A DNA stretch of 57,085 nucleotides from Klebsormidium nitens. Taxonomy: Eukaryota > Plantae > Klebsormidiophyceae. The translations under genes and the position numbers were made by a program. The stretch lies in NCBI GenBank assembly GCA_000708835.1, contig DF237520.1:1-57085 (forward strand), written 5' to 3'. Shown piece by piece: positions 10,890-24,049 of the stretch. Below the pieces are notes generated by a model, which was given only the letters and a program-made list of their open reading frames with translations, was not told the DNA's origin and made no database searches. Positions within the stretch are counted from its first letter, which is position 1. The number at the start of each line of letters is the position of its first letter.

Positions 10890-13800
10890 GTTTCTTCCGC
10901 TGCCCAATGATTAAGTCAGTGGACGATCGTGCCATTGTCAATCACCCTTGTTCTAAGAGACCGGTGTTGCTTGGACTTCCGTGGATCATTCTTGCTCCTG
11001 ATTTTCATTCAACATCCTGGGCAAGAAAACATGTACGACTGAGGCAGCATGACAGGCCTTACATGACCCTTCCACATTGGAATTGAGTTGGGAGTCCAAT
11101 CTGTTCCTTCTTCTGACAGCCAGCTGTTATTTCGTCTTTGTCTTGAAAGCTTCTGAGCTTTGCATGCGGACTGGGGCTCGGAATGTTCCACAGCGACGGG
11201 GTTGTTTTTGTCTGTTGTTGTTCGTGTCATTGAATTGGATTTGTTGGAAGAGCGTTGCCTGGCGCTAGGTTTGATTTGGGGATGAAGCCTTTCCCGCTGC
11301 GCCTGGTTTGCTCATGTCTGGTGTGGTCTCACGTGACCCTTTATCCGCAACCCTCTGAGCATTTTGATACTGGTCTCTCGGTTGCCCATCTGTCGGAGAA
11401 GTCCACACAAGTGCAGCATCTTTGACGGGATTATGAGTGAACGTCTCCTCTTGCTTTCGTCATTGAGTCCTCTTTATGAATTAAGTGCTGCTGTTCGCCC
11501 ATTTCTTAGCCGCCGTAAACGAGGAGTTCAGCATGCACCCCTACGGAATCAGTCGAAATTTATTCGGACAGCTTTGACAGCACGTACACACTCTGTAGAA
11601 GCCTTCTTCTTTTTGCATTCTCGAGCAAATTTGACTTAGTCTCCTCGTGGAAGGACAAAAAGAAGTGGGAAGGCTGGTGAGTTCGGTGTGTCGTCTTGTC
11701 AGCCACCGCGCTTTCTGCTAGCTGATCCTAAAGGTCAGGGTTTTGCAACAGGCCTGCTCGCACGAATCCGCGCTAGAACATGCTGACAGAGTGATATTGA
11801 CAGTTCGCAGATTGAGTTTGTGCCTTGCGTCCATGCTAGGGCCAATGTTTGTTCGCTCAAGCATCATGCTCGAGCGAAAAAGCCTTATTTCGACCTCTTT
11901 TTAAAGTACATCTGGTAGATGTGCTCACGTTGCGCAAAAGAGCGACGTGCATCAATCTCTCCATTAGAACGACCTACATAGAACGAAGCGGTAGGGACTT
12001 CAGCAATTGGACGAAACCGATAATTTTTGCTGACTGTTAAAACCTGTCTTTTTCCAAACGGGGTTCATTATTTTTATCAGTTGGCAAAGATAAGATGAAA
12101 CTTGGCAAGCACATGATGCGCTGCCAAGTGGTTGTCTCCGATCTTGATTGCCAGCTATTCCAGATTAGTTCAATTGGCTCTGCTCGTATTGTCTGCGTTG
12201 CATATTGAGCTGTTTGTTTCAGTTTTGTTTCAGCTTTGCTGCAGTTTCTTCTGCAGATTGCTTGACACAAGGACGTACAAGCTTTACTCTATCAGGACGT
12301 CCAGCTCCAGTCACGATCTTCTCTTGATTACAAAATCTGGTTTCCTTAGGGGTGTTGAACGTAACTTCAGGGATTTTTACTGGTCCCTTTCTTCCACGTA
12401 CGACGTTTGTACCTAGCTGCTGGCCCGTGTCTATGCTGAAGGAAACCACGAGCAAATCAGCTCAGTACGTAGCTGTCAGGAAATCACAGAAGACTCTTCG
12501 ATTGTCGATTGGTCACGGGGTATGCATATATAGGCAACGCTAGCGCTTAGTAGGAGCAGTACCATTTAGTCAACGAAGCTTTTGGTCCTTGATATGTTGT
12601 TTAACGACGCAGAAACATGACGGCAAGGGTAATTAATGTCAGGTTTCCAATTAAAGTACTGAGCCGGCTCCCACTATCGACTTCAATTGTCCAGGTGTTG
12701 AAAGTGCTCGACGCCAAATGCTGACACTCGCACATCCACGGAATCTCGTTTGTTCCAAACCACTTCTTGCTCTGCTTACGACTCGTCTCGCAACTCCCCT
12801 TACACCTCGCGGTTGCCCTCCTCGTGCGTGCGATCCCACTTGGTTCCTCGTCTGCATAAGCGGAATACTGTCAGATGACAAGCCGGCACTTTGTTGGCTG
12901 GGCCTTCTGCCAAGACGTCGCCGGAGCTGCAGTCTTATCGATCTGTGCCGCGTTGTGGGCACTTCTCCCGGTTCTCACCGGTCTTCTCTCTTGATATTGC
13001 AATCTTTCCTTTTATATTGTTTCCAAGATTAAAGTGCTTTGTACGCTTTTGATTGTGAGTATCCGTCTGCGGATACCCAATTTTGAACATTCGTTTGAGT
13101 ATCTGTCACTCGGGAGCCGCAGCCCGTTTATTGAAGACAGTACTGTTCGTGAAATGTCAAGTGGATGGGGCCATGTTTCAGGCCTCAGGCCATGCGTTGA
13201 ACTCTAGCCAGCAGAGTCGACTTTATCTCTTGTTCCGAGTTGGCTCGCCAATTTTCTAAGAGCAAGTGTTGTGAAAAGGCGTTGCTGTTCTGCTGTTTGT
13301 GGCGCCAAACGAGCTAAAACATCAAGGTTAATTGCATGAAAGAGAGCGGTTCTCAATTTGAGCAGAGGCGAGCTCTTTTTCAACGTTTCCTTCGTTGCCC
13401 GCGCTCGTCTCCTCCTCCTATATTTCCGTTTGCCTGTCATCTGCCTACTTTCGCAACGCTGATCCACACGACGGGAGTGCTGGTCCGGCCCCTGGCGGCA
13501 TCTAAGAAGGCCAACCAATAGTGTGACAGGGAGGCTCCACACTTTCTTGCCTTTGCATCAAAGCAGCCGTTGGGTCTGCAAGCACTGTGCAGAAGTCGCC
13601 AGCATGCAGAGGCTCTATGAAATCGCACCAGAAGAGTTGGCCGGACGCTTTTTGAGCATTAGTAGCAATCCGGGCAGCCATGCTGCAGCACCACCGTTCG
13701 TTGACCTTGGCTGGTACGGCTACGCAAAGTTGGTTTTATGTTGGTTTCATCAACCTCGTGTTTCTGGCCGTTTCAGTGACCTGGTGGAAAGCAAAGCTAC

Positions 13801-14130
13801 AGTATGGTCGCATGCCCGTTGTACACCAGAGAGTCCTGTTCTAGCGGTCAGCAGGCGGGTCGATGATTGACCAGAAGGATTGAAGCACTCTTACTTCACG
13901 CACGTCATCTCTAGCAATGACCGGCCCTCGATCAAGCCCCATGCTTCGGTACGGGCTTTATAATGTGATGTATGTATGTATCGCTCTGCTAGGTCTGCCG
14001 ACGTTTGAGGATGAGCAGTTGCGGTCGGTCGAGGCTGACTTTGATGCCATCTTCGAGCAACTTTGTAATGCAGAAGGAGAACTATTACAGGATCGATCAT
14101 CCTTGTAAACCAAGTTTCTCTTTCATGCTT
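10890..14130 (-). pseudogene. Family-1 remnant U2
   Basis: Motifs RGPVIA, LLVNHRPA..NGHAT, GQLFWCDFIEPLHAGDF..DPTAAL, WLAFLDAARG, ADLLVVSFSIDTGQQLG and CKAQKLSRQRRNNSWLS; stops and frameshifts. Confidence 0.75.
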
Positions 14131-14179
14131 CATGTGCCTGCTACAGAGGATTATGCTTCCTTAACCGGAGGTTTCCAAA

Positions 14180-14560
14180 ACTTCTCCGGGTCACAGTGGG
14201 TCTCTAAACGTCGGGCTCGTTTCGGTTGCCCAGGTTCGATAGACTTCTCGAGTGACTCTTGCTGGCAGGGGTTAGGCAGATCAAGCTGTGTTTCTCTCTC
14301 TTCCGGTGTCCTGAAAATCAGGTTCGTGGCTACTGCCTGGCAGTCATATGTTTGAACCATCTCGTGTTGCGCTTATACTGCTCTTGCCTGGTAAGTGCGC
14401 ACATGCGGCGGCAGTTTTCAGGAGCCCAATGAGCGCATCAGGGGCGTTGACTGCATCTCGTGCTTATTCCTCCTTACGAAGTTTTGCCTAGTTGCTGGGC
14501 CTTGTCTCTGCTGAAAGGGGCCACGAGCAGATTGACCTACGGCAGCAAAAGGCAATCAGA
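14180..14560 (-). pseudogene. Family-1 short remnant U3
   Basis: NLLVAPFSRDKAQQLG (~14490-14530) and VNAPDALIGLLKTAAACAHLPGKSSISATRD (~14360-14445). Confidence 0.65.
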
Positions 14561-15497
14561 AGATATCTGGTTCCTTGGTTGAGCTTGCGGTTCACAAAGA
14601 ACTAGCTAGTGGGGTTAGGATGTTTGGGTACAAGTACTTGTTTGCAAGCAGTTGGCTTTGTGGATTGCTCTCGATAGCTCAATACGAGCGTGGACATAGA
14701 GACGCTTGGCCGTAAAGGACCGAAAGAAAATAATTCTCATCTCCAGTCTCATTGTGTTGAATGTTGAGCCCAAAATATGTAATGTGTTTTAGACGCCAGA
14801 TCGACCGAGCTGCAAGATAATTGTGCTCTGCATCTCTCAGCTTCGCAAAGCTTGCATAATTGATTTATCGGGTTGCCCGGTCTGGATTTCAAAAGTGGAG
14901 CTACATGGATACACCTCGTATCCTTTGTGGACGTGACCCTTAGTTTCGTCTTCGCTAAACGTGTCGATGCAAGCGGCTACATATGAGGTCATCCTCTGGA
15001 CCGTGCTGTGGTCGCAGGCGATAGTCAGCCGCTTCGGATCTTGTCATGTTGCGTCGGGTTCATGTCTTTCTCATGCGACACCTGAGATACCTGACCCCTG
15101 CTCTGGTGGGTGTCAAGTACTGCACTTTGCGGGTCTCAGGATTGTTCTGCGAATGATTTCCAAGTCCACATCGTCCATCTTCTGGTGGTGCTATTTCAGA
15201 TGTGATTCCGACCGGATATTCTGTATGATCTCTGACCCATTTGCAGTCAGGATTCTACCACCTCTAACTCTCGGGGAAATAGTGCGAGGCGCTAGCTATG
15301 TATATTACGTCAATCTCGTTTTGCTGGATGCAACGTAATCGGCTGATGCGACCAGCTGATGCGATGCCCTTTCACTCCTATCATGTTCTCTGAAGCAGTC
15401 ACTTTTGGAAGCCACGAATCTGGAGACTCCATGCTTGGCCTGCCTTTTATCATTGCGCTTGTGTGCGGCTGCAAACCCAATTCTGTCTTTTGCGCAT

Positions 15498-15592
15498 GTG
15501 GACTGCGAGTACTGTTGCGTCACTGATCTGGTCAACAAACGGAAGAGTTTCAAGTGGAGCGGGTGTGGCTGCATGCGCGGCTGCAACAGTGA
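15498..15592 (+). pseudogene. Duplicated METTL6 terminal exon, copy 3 (dead)
   Basis: gtggactgcgagtactgttgcgt...cgggtgtggctgcatgcgcggctgcaacagtga; acceptor mutated AG to AT (15496-15497) and internal frameshifts. Confidence 0.85.
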
Positions 15593-15849
15593 GCCTCATA
15601 GTTTGCCGGTTAGAAGAATGGATCTAGTACAGAGAACGTAAAGCGCTGATACCAAAGTACAAAAGACGAGCGCTGAAGCAATTTAAAGCCATTGCAACCA
15701 TAGTTTCAAGTGAGGGAGATGTATATGCGTGGCTCGTTTGCACCTTAACTTTCGATTGTCATGAAAGGATATTGTGCCTAGCATGGATTTGATGGTTTGG
15801 TCCACCTTTTCTTTTAAGGTTCCTAAGAAGTCAAACGTTCTAAACGCGT

Positions 15850-18800
15850 TCCGCTGACAAGGGACACGCGTGCCGTTGTCCCAACTTCGTCTTGGAACTC
15901 GGCGACGTGAGAAACCATCGCACCGTTTCCCGCTGCCAAAACTCCCCTGATACTTCTGGCCAGGAAAGCCCATGCGACTGAGGCAAAAGTACAAGCTTCA
16001 CAGGAAGGTGCACGAGCGCGCGTGCGTGCTCACTGGGCCAGTGGTCGCGTGTGTTCCTTCTTCAAATATTTAGCTGTTCTTCTGATTGATTTTGGCCTTC
16101 TAAGCTTCTGGGCGTCTCATGCAGACAGGGGCTGAGAAGTCTCCACAGGGTCCCCCTTTTCCTGAGAATCTTCTGTCAACTTCTGCCTCGGCTACTGCCT
16201 GGTAATGACTGGTGGAACCATGTTCTGTTGCGCTTATTTTGCTTTTGTTTGGTGTGCATTGCACGTGAGGCGCTGCCATATTCAGGGGCCCTGTGAGCAT
16301 TTTGATGCCGGTTGTTTTGTCTGTCCGTCTGCCCAGAGGGTCAGTCGGTCGTTGCATTGCAGACAAGAAAGTGAAAAGAATCTACATGCTTCCATCGTCA
16401 AGAAAACCTCGACGATCGGGCCGTTTTGCGCAAATGGATTCCGTCATAGATTGAATCGTTTAGCAATTTACCTTAAGTTGTTGCACTTGAACAGCAGTTG
16501 GAAGCCACGCGGGCACCCTTGAGCTACAAACACGGCTCCTGCACAAAGTCTGTTCGCTTGCATTTGTGATCAGCAGATCAACAAAGACACCTCACGCGCT
16601 AGTCCATGGCAGTCTTTGTGGCTTCACAACTCTTATGCAGAAACAACAGATGCGAGTCCACTGGTGATCTAGGTCGCTGAGAGTGCGTGATCTTTTGTTC
16701 AAGCAGGTTTTATTTTGTCGTTGAGTGGTAGTTTCCTCTACTGAGAGGTCAGGACTTCGCAACTAGACTGGTTTCCACGACCAGTGTGAGAACATGCCAC
16801 GAGAAGTTAGGTAAGCGGTGCAGTCCGCCCGTTAATTGAGACAGTGATTCACGGCCGCATGCGTTCGCTCAAGTACCACCTTTGTCTACAAGTTTTGTCT
16901 CGCTCTGTGTGTTGTAGAAAAGGTCAGCGGATAGGCGCTCAAGAAGGTGACTTGTCCAGGCAACGAAAGAGCGGGGGAGAATGAAGCTTTGGGGGCTTCA
17001 GCAAAATGGGCGAAGCCAGCGCGCGCCTAAGTACCCTGGTTCTGCAAAAACCTGATTCCAGTTTCTCGTCTCTTTGGCAAAGACACAAATGAAGCTTGGC
17101 AAGCAGGGATTGCTGCCAGGTCGTGATTTGTCGTCACTTTGACTGCCAGCATTTCAAATGACTCCCTAGCCCAAGATCGGCACTTCTCGTGTGCCTGCGC
17201 CGCAGATCGACCTGGCCACTTTTCCTCTGCTTCAATGCACTGAATCCCCTCTGTGAATTGCTTTGAGACTGTAAGTACGCGCACTTCAAGTCCGGTCCGT
17301 CTCATGGTCGCGTGATTGGGTTTCCTGAGAGCTGTCGACTTGTCCTGCGATTGTATCGAGGTTTCTTTCTTCCTTTTCGCACCGTTGTGTCTAGCTGCTG
17401 GCCCGTGTCTGTGATGAAAGGGGACACGAGCAGATATAGAAGGGCACACAAACCCTTACAAAGCCAACTCGTATGTCGGATGGTCCTGCGGCGTGCATAG
17501 ACAACGCTTAGAAGACACTATGAGAGGAGCTTGCGTTTACATGTGGTCCTCTAGGATTGCAAAACTATCATAATATAGTAGACGACTCTCTTAGACGACT
17601 CTCTTGGACTCGTTGTCTCAGTTGTCGGCAACGATTGCAGTTGAAGCCGCATGGCAGAGGCACTTGTCAAATGCGTTTTTGGTTGCACTGAGCCGTTCTA
17701 CCTAAAAGTCTCATCCACGCTGAGTCCGGGACTGCTTGACGCCAGCTGTCAGCCTATGATCCCCAGATAATACTCGTTTTCAAAATGCATCCAACTCCAT
17801 CGACGCGTGCTGTGATTCTGCTACTGCCCTCCCCTCCGCCTCGTCTCTGCAGAGCTAGTTGGATCTCCTGTCGCGTCTTGGTAAGACTACTACGTTCCAA
17901 CAAGAGAGCGACAATCTGTTGGCTGGCGTTTCCGCTTGACGTCGCCGCACCTAGAGCCCCTGATCGTATTATAATGAACTGCATGATGGGCACTTGACGA
18001 TTTTCAATCACGAGGTTTTTCTTCAATGTCGGCACCTTTTGTCGACTTTGGGCACCCCGGTGCTTTGCTTTCGCTTGGCTTTGTGTTAAATGTCCGTGAG
18101 TGTCTTTTCCCGGTATGCCCCAGCGTCTGCCGAAAGGTCTGTGGCAGCGTTGTAAGAACGACATTCGTGAACGCCTCGATCAGATTCCAGGGCATCTAGC
18201 ATCAGCACGTGTAGCACTCCTTGCTCAAAACTAGCGCCAGCCTTTCGATACCTCATTTTGGGTTGCAAGATCCATCGGTTTGTTGCATGCATCATTGAGA
18301 AGGCTCGCATTTTTCTGCCTGGTTGAAGGTTTGAAACTTTTCGGATGAATCTTTGATCCTTTTTCCGCAAATCACAAAAGACTGGCCGTGATAGGACATT
18401 TGTGTGGGGCAATCTGCATCCACGCCGCCAGGGACTTCAGAGCCAGGCATGAAGGTGACCCCTGCGGTATTCGAAGAGTAAATGTTGCAAGAAGGCGCTG
18501 CCGCTTTGTTGTTCACAAGCATTGTCGAGCGCTTTTCAAGAGTCATCATGGCAGGAAGAGTTTAGCTTTTCACCCGCAGGCGAAATTGTAGCGGCGAGTT
18601 CTTATCGTCTACCCTGCTCGTGACTCCCTACCTCTTCATCGTTGGTGTTCAGATTGTCTGACCACTAATAGAGGGTAATAACCATAGGCTAATCGAATAA
18701 AGCTCTTTCGTAAACAGACAAAGTTCCAATGAATTGAGAGCACTTTACATTTTATAAAAGTGTGGTTTTTCGATCCAATCCCTCTAGGGGGTTGGGTAGA

Positions 18801-19720
18801 CTCTGCGCTTATTCATTTTTTTTGAAGAAAGCAAAACCTTACCGTTTTGAACGCATTCAATGCTTTTTATCTTTTTTATACTTTTATCAAATATACTTAT
18901 AAAAAGTAAATTTTTTTCTGCGTCACTGCTAAACTGGAGCATCGCATCACCCTCATGACGAAAGGTATTCGCCTGTCCTGCTAGACACGAGAGATACTCC
19001 GTGTCGTCAACCAGAAGGGAGGCCTCTCTGCGTATTGCTTCCTTACATCGGCCACAACAAACCAGCAATCTTGGTCTGCAGGCACACCGGTGCTGCTAGT
19101 TTGTGCGAGGTGCCCGGCTCCAGATGTTCTCAGCATCGTTTCCACTGGTGCAATCCTTGAGTAGCATTCAAGTGCTGGTCGGGCGAACCTTGTATAACAT
19201 TAGCTAGCACATCGAGCGAAAAAAAACACGTCTGTGTGCTGCGGTGCATCTACCATTTATCATCACCCTCAGCGATGGGACGCCCAAGTCGCACCAATTG
19301 CACCAGAGCAATCTCAGACTCGTGACATTGGGTTCCAACCAATTGAGTGCTCCGGCCTTGAAGCGTCTGGTGGATAGCCGCTCAAGCTAAATACGGTCGC
19401 ATGCCCGTTCTGCTTTTGAAATTCCTGTAATGACGGCCAGTGGGCGGGCCCATGATTCACCAAAAGAAGTGAAGCACTATTGTTTACGTAGGGTTTGAAG
19501 TTGGCAAAGATTGGCCCTCGCTTCAGTCATAGGTCGTCTGACGGTCTGAGTCTCAGGGGTTGCGTTTCATCGAGGATGACTTTGTTGCATGCCAAAATTG
19601 AGCAGGTTTGTTTTGCAGAAAAACAGCAATTCATAAAAAGGATAAATGATGCTTTTAAGAGCATTGTCCATTCCATGCTACCGGTGCCTGGTACAAAAGA
19701 TATTCTCTTCACCTGTTAAA
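15850..19720 (-). pseudogene. Family-1 remnant U4 (interrupted by an AT-rich insert at 18665-19060)
   Basis: Motifs RGPIFA..LLVNHGPAHW..NGHAT, AFLQHLL, NVLSRPV, SASA..QSLPT, YLLVSPFITDTGQQL and TPNKSKISAT. Confidence 0.75.
18665..19060. other. AT-rich 396-bp insertion flanked by ACCA direct repeats; possible organellar (NUMT/NUPT) capture
   Basis: U1 has the contiguous tctgacca-atcttg (~9951-9963), whereas U4 has tctgACCA[396 bp]ACCAgcaatcttg. The core 18860-18920 is extremely A/T rich. Organellar origin is inferred only. Confidence 0.5.
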
Positions 19721-19779
19721 CGTCGAGGACGGTCGGGTCATAGTGGTTTTACCTTATCGGGCTTGCATTGATCGCCCAT

Positions 19780-21920
19780 GATCAGCAGACTTGCTCGTGT
19801 CTCTCATGCTGGCAGGCGTCAGAAAGGTCAATTATTGTCGCCCTTCTTCCGTGGTTCCTGATGTTCAAAATCAGTGCCTGCTGCCTGGCACTCATGTCTC
19901 GTGTTGCGCTTATACCGCTCTTGCCTGGAGTGTGTACACATGTGGCGGCAGTTTCGAGGAGCCCTACATAAGCTCATCAGGGGCGTTGACTAAATTCTCG
20001 CACTTGTTGACAATCCCTACCTTTTCCTCCTCGCCAAGTCGCTTGTGTCTGCTGGGCCATGACTATCCTGAAAGGGTCTTGAGCAGTCTTAGCTAGCCTA
20101 GGGCCAGCTAAAGGCTCTCATCGTTCTTCAAGAGGCTCTTGTCCGTCCACTGTCCGCCAAGAATGCGGTTTTTGCATTGGAAGGACCCTTACACAGATCG
20201 GCGACGATTGTAAGACAGATGCTGGTGGAGGCACTTGTCAAATTAATGCTTCTTCAGCTGAGCCGGTTATTCTTGACGCCTCATACTGCTCGACGCTACA
20301 TTTCGCATCATATCACTCTGCTTCATGACGCACTCTTGGCGCTGCTTCTTGACGCTTTGCTCGCGCCAAGTTTGTCCTGCATTAACCCTATCCTCGTCCC
20401 TCTTTAGGACCGCCGGGTGCCTGGGAACCCCTTTGAAATCTCTGATGCGCCCTTGAAACTTATTACTACGGTCCGACAACGAGCCGACTATTCGGCTGGC
20501 CCTTCTTAGCCCCCGCATGACCTTTGCCGAATTGTGGGCAATCGAAGTTGTCACTTGCCCACGTCATTATCTTGATGGGTCAATTTCGGGTACACGACCG
20601 GGTTGGCTTCAGTCACATTTGCATCTGAATGTCTGCGGATATCGGTCTCCTGGGTGCCGCAGCCCGTGGGAAGGCCGGGTGCAGAAGGGTTGCATGGGAA
20701 GGACAAGAAAGCGCCTCTATTTACGGGAACAATATATCAGCACATCGTCTTTGCTTGTGTACTCTGCGACATCTTCTAAGCCGATTGCGAGTTTCATCCA
20801 TTGGTGGCACGCCATTCTGTCCCAAAAACGTTTTCAACCTCTTACGTTCTCAAACAAAGACATTTGTGGAATCTCGTGTTTTGTACCTCTTTCCGTGGAC
20901 CAACGAACAAATCGCCAGTACTGGCCGTGACAGGGGAACTGGATGGGGGCATGTTGCAGCCTCATGCAATCTCGAGATGGACTCGAGCGAGTCGAGTCGA
21001 CCTGATCTCCTTTCTGACCTGACCTGCCGTTCTTCTAAGAGCAAGTTTTGTAAGAAGGCTATGCTGCTATGTGGTTCCGAGCACTCTTTAGCGAAGTTCC
21101 ATGGTTAAGCACGAAGAGAAGGGTGTCTTGGTCTCAGCACAGGGATGTGCCTACAAACTTTGTTTTCATCTTTTCCTGTGTCACCTGCTTTCATCTTCTT
21201 CTGCCTTGGATTTTTCCGGTTCGCTTGCCATGCGACCACTTTGCCACGTTGTTCCCACTGACAGAAGTGTTGGTCTGGCTCGTGGCGGCACCTCAATAAG
21301 CCATCCAAATTTTGGCTAGAAGGGAGACTACTTTTTGCCTTGCCTCCTTGCTTTGGTGGAATCAAAGCAGCCGTTGGGTCCGTGGCAAAGGCGCTGCCTT
21401 TCATAGGTCGCCTGCATTCAGGGGTTTTACGAAAGCGCACCAGAAGAGCTGGCCGTTTTTTTAACGATAGTAGCGATCGGTGCAGAATCAAAGTACGTCC
21501 TTTGCTACGATATCACCAGTCGTTGTCCTTGAGTCTGGGACAGCCGCGCATGTTTACACAGGAGCACTTTATCGTTTGTAGTGTTCGAAACAATCAATCA
21601 ATTGATGTGGGCTGTCAGTGAAGTCGTGAAAGGACACTTAGGTCGCATGCCCGTTCCTACATTCGAGAGTCCTGTTTTAATGGTAAGTGGGCGGGTCGAT
21701 GACTGGCAGAAAGTTTGAAACACTGAAGCTTCCTGCACACTTCCTGGACGAAGACTGGGCCTCGCTCCGCTAGGTCTCCCGACGTTCCGAGTCGAAGGAT
21801 TTGCGCTTCTGTCAAGGCTGCCTGTGTCAAGCCATCTCTGAGCAAGTTGTCTTTCAGAAGGATAGAAAGTACAGGATAGATCATCTTTTGCAACTGTTTC
21901 TCCGTTCCATGCTTTTGATG
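19780..21920 (-). pseudogene. Family-1 remnant U5
   Basis: Motifs MIYPV, GDLAERGPVF, SHRPAHLPL, GQLFWC..PLNAGD, AFLQNLLLEER, PLSRPVL, RHPAV, PAQL and VNAPDEL. Confidence 0.75.
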
Positions 21921-21959
21921 CGCCTGCTAAAGAGGACATGCTCTTCGAACGATGGTTTT

Positions 21960-24000
21960 GAAAACTGGGTTTCCCTAACCGGGCTCTTTATAGTCGCCCG
22001 GGCCACGTCGAGCAGATTGGCTCGAGGCCGGCGACAAGCTGCCAATCTCTCGTTCGTGGAGTGATCTTGCGGTATACATAAAGAACGCCTGGATGAACCA
22101 CGATTAAGCTAGTGTCTCGTGCTCATCTTCCGTCCGCTAAGATTGCGCTGTGAAACGTACCATTTCTAAATAGTGGTCGGCAACGATTGTAAGAAGATGC
22201 TGGCGGGGGCGACTGTCAGTGTCTGTCCTTCCTCAGCTGAGCCGGCTCTTTTTGACGTCTTATACTGCTCATCCCCACATGCGCGCAACACAGTACACTG
22301 CTTTTCCCCAATTCTTGAAGACGCGTCGCTTTCCTGGCGCTTTGTGCTGCAATCTTAGCCTCGTCCTAGCTCTTCCGAACCGCCGGGTGCCGGGAACCCT
22401 TGGTTCATCTATAATTCTGTCCTTGTAATCCACGGCGGTCTGTTGACGAGCCGACGAATCGTAGGCTGGCCCTCCTGGCATAGGCTCCCCGCCATTTCAG
22501 CCCCTGATCGACAGGGGCCTCGTTTTGGGCAGTCTGAATTTCCTCTCCAAGTCCTAACTCGACCTTGGGAACTTACCTGTCAACTATGGATACAGTGACC
22601 ACCAGGTTGCTTATTGTAAAAGTTACTTGGAGGACAACACTTAGATCACAAATGTCCGTGAATATGTGTTTACCGGGGGCCGCAGGCCGTTAAAAGGCCC
22701 CTGGGAAGGTTGACATGGATTCGAAAGAAAAGGCCTCAAATATCGAAGCTGCTTGGATCTCTATCGCTTGCTACACAAGTGCCATATGATGCGGCAATTC
22801 TTCACCAATTTGCGGACTCGCGGGATTGTTGCACGTCATTCTGTTCAAAGATGCTTCCTATTCTTCTGCCTGTCGCAAACCCGGCGCCTCCTTCACGTGC
22901 CAGTATCACCACTATCATGGGTATACCTTGATCCCTTTCCTAGATCAATTAAGGCTGGCCGTGATAGAACGGACGTGTGGAGCCAAGTTGCAGCCTCCCT
23001 ACCACTCACAGTACTCGTCACCTCGAGCCAAATACGATTGATTGTACCCCAACGCTTATTAAAGCAAATTTTATAAGAAGGCGCCTTGTCGTTCCCGAGG
23101 GTCCTGTCGAGCGCACTGCAAGGATCGATTGATTGATAAAGACCGTTTTCTTACTTGACCAAGAGGCTGTTGGCTGACCTTCGTCGTATGCTCTCTTCTC
23201 CTCCTCTGTTGTCGATTCCCTCATCTTCTGACCAAGTTCTTCCCAGTGAAGGAAATGACTCATCTGCTCTTCAGACCGGGCACCGAAGAAGGTCAGCCAA
23301 CTCATCACCGGGCGGGGTAGCTTTTAGTCTTTCCTGTTTGCATCGATCATATCGAAGAGCCGTCGGGTTTGCAAGTGCTTCCACGAAGGTGCTGTCTTTT
23401 CGAATCCCAAATGCAGAGGTCGTTACTCGGTGCCAAGAGCAGCCCAGATAAAAGTGCTGGGTCCCCGGCAGCCGTTCGTTTGTAAGGTGGCCAGTCAATG
23501 AAGTAAGTTTTGACTCCAGCAGAGTCTAGTGGAAAACTGGCCTGCCGCTTTGCGTCTCAAAATCCTGTAATTTCAATTGGTTTGTACGGCCATGAAAGAC
23601 CGAAGAGCGAAGAACCTTCGCTCTCAGCTCACCTGGAGGTATGCGAACAAACAGGCCTGCCCTATTTCGACGACGCCATACTTGAAAGCCGATACGCTCT
23701 TTTTGATTAATTACGGCGCTTGGCTATGATGATTGCACGTTTGGCAGCGAAGGTCTCTGCCACGGTCACTAGCGTGGGCAGAAGCCCACAAGCCTCCCCC
23801 TTCATAATTGGGTGTGATATTTCAATGGTTCGCTGATTCGTCGAGTGTCACGTGTCGATAAGCGAGTCTGCCCAGTCTTTCTTTCGCGTGTCCGGATCGA
23901 CCAAGTCGCTGTAGATGCATAAAGAAGTGGGATGAGGCACCTTCGGCGTCACGTGAGGGCGACACCTTCTAGTTCCGTTCAATTGCTTTCCAAGCCGGAA
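21960..24000 (-). pseudogene. Family-1 remnant U6
   Basis: Motifs NHHSQA, EAATWLHTSVLSRPAL, RHPAV and EPAQL..LQSLPT. Confidence 0.7.
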
Positions 24001-24049
24001 ACCAACCACCCGTCCACTCTCGGACTTGTTGTTCGTCATCGGGGTGTCG

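Larger units (their letters stand above)
7040..11545. repeat. Tandem segmental duplication with ~3.2-3.3 kb offset (7040-8240 vs 10225-11545)
   Basis: Identical 35-mer at 7072-7106 and 10257-10291; 84-nt blocks 7801-7884 and 11093-11176 differ at 9 positions; collinear matches continue to ~8220/11540. Confidence 0.92.

Noticed and set aside
5111-13105. Shared 13-mer gtttgagtatctg (5111, 13093) with nearby tacccaat
   Set aside because: The flanking matches are not collinear; too short to call an element.
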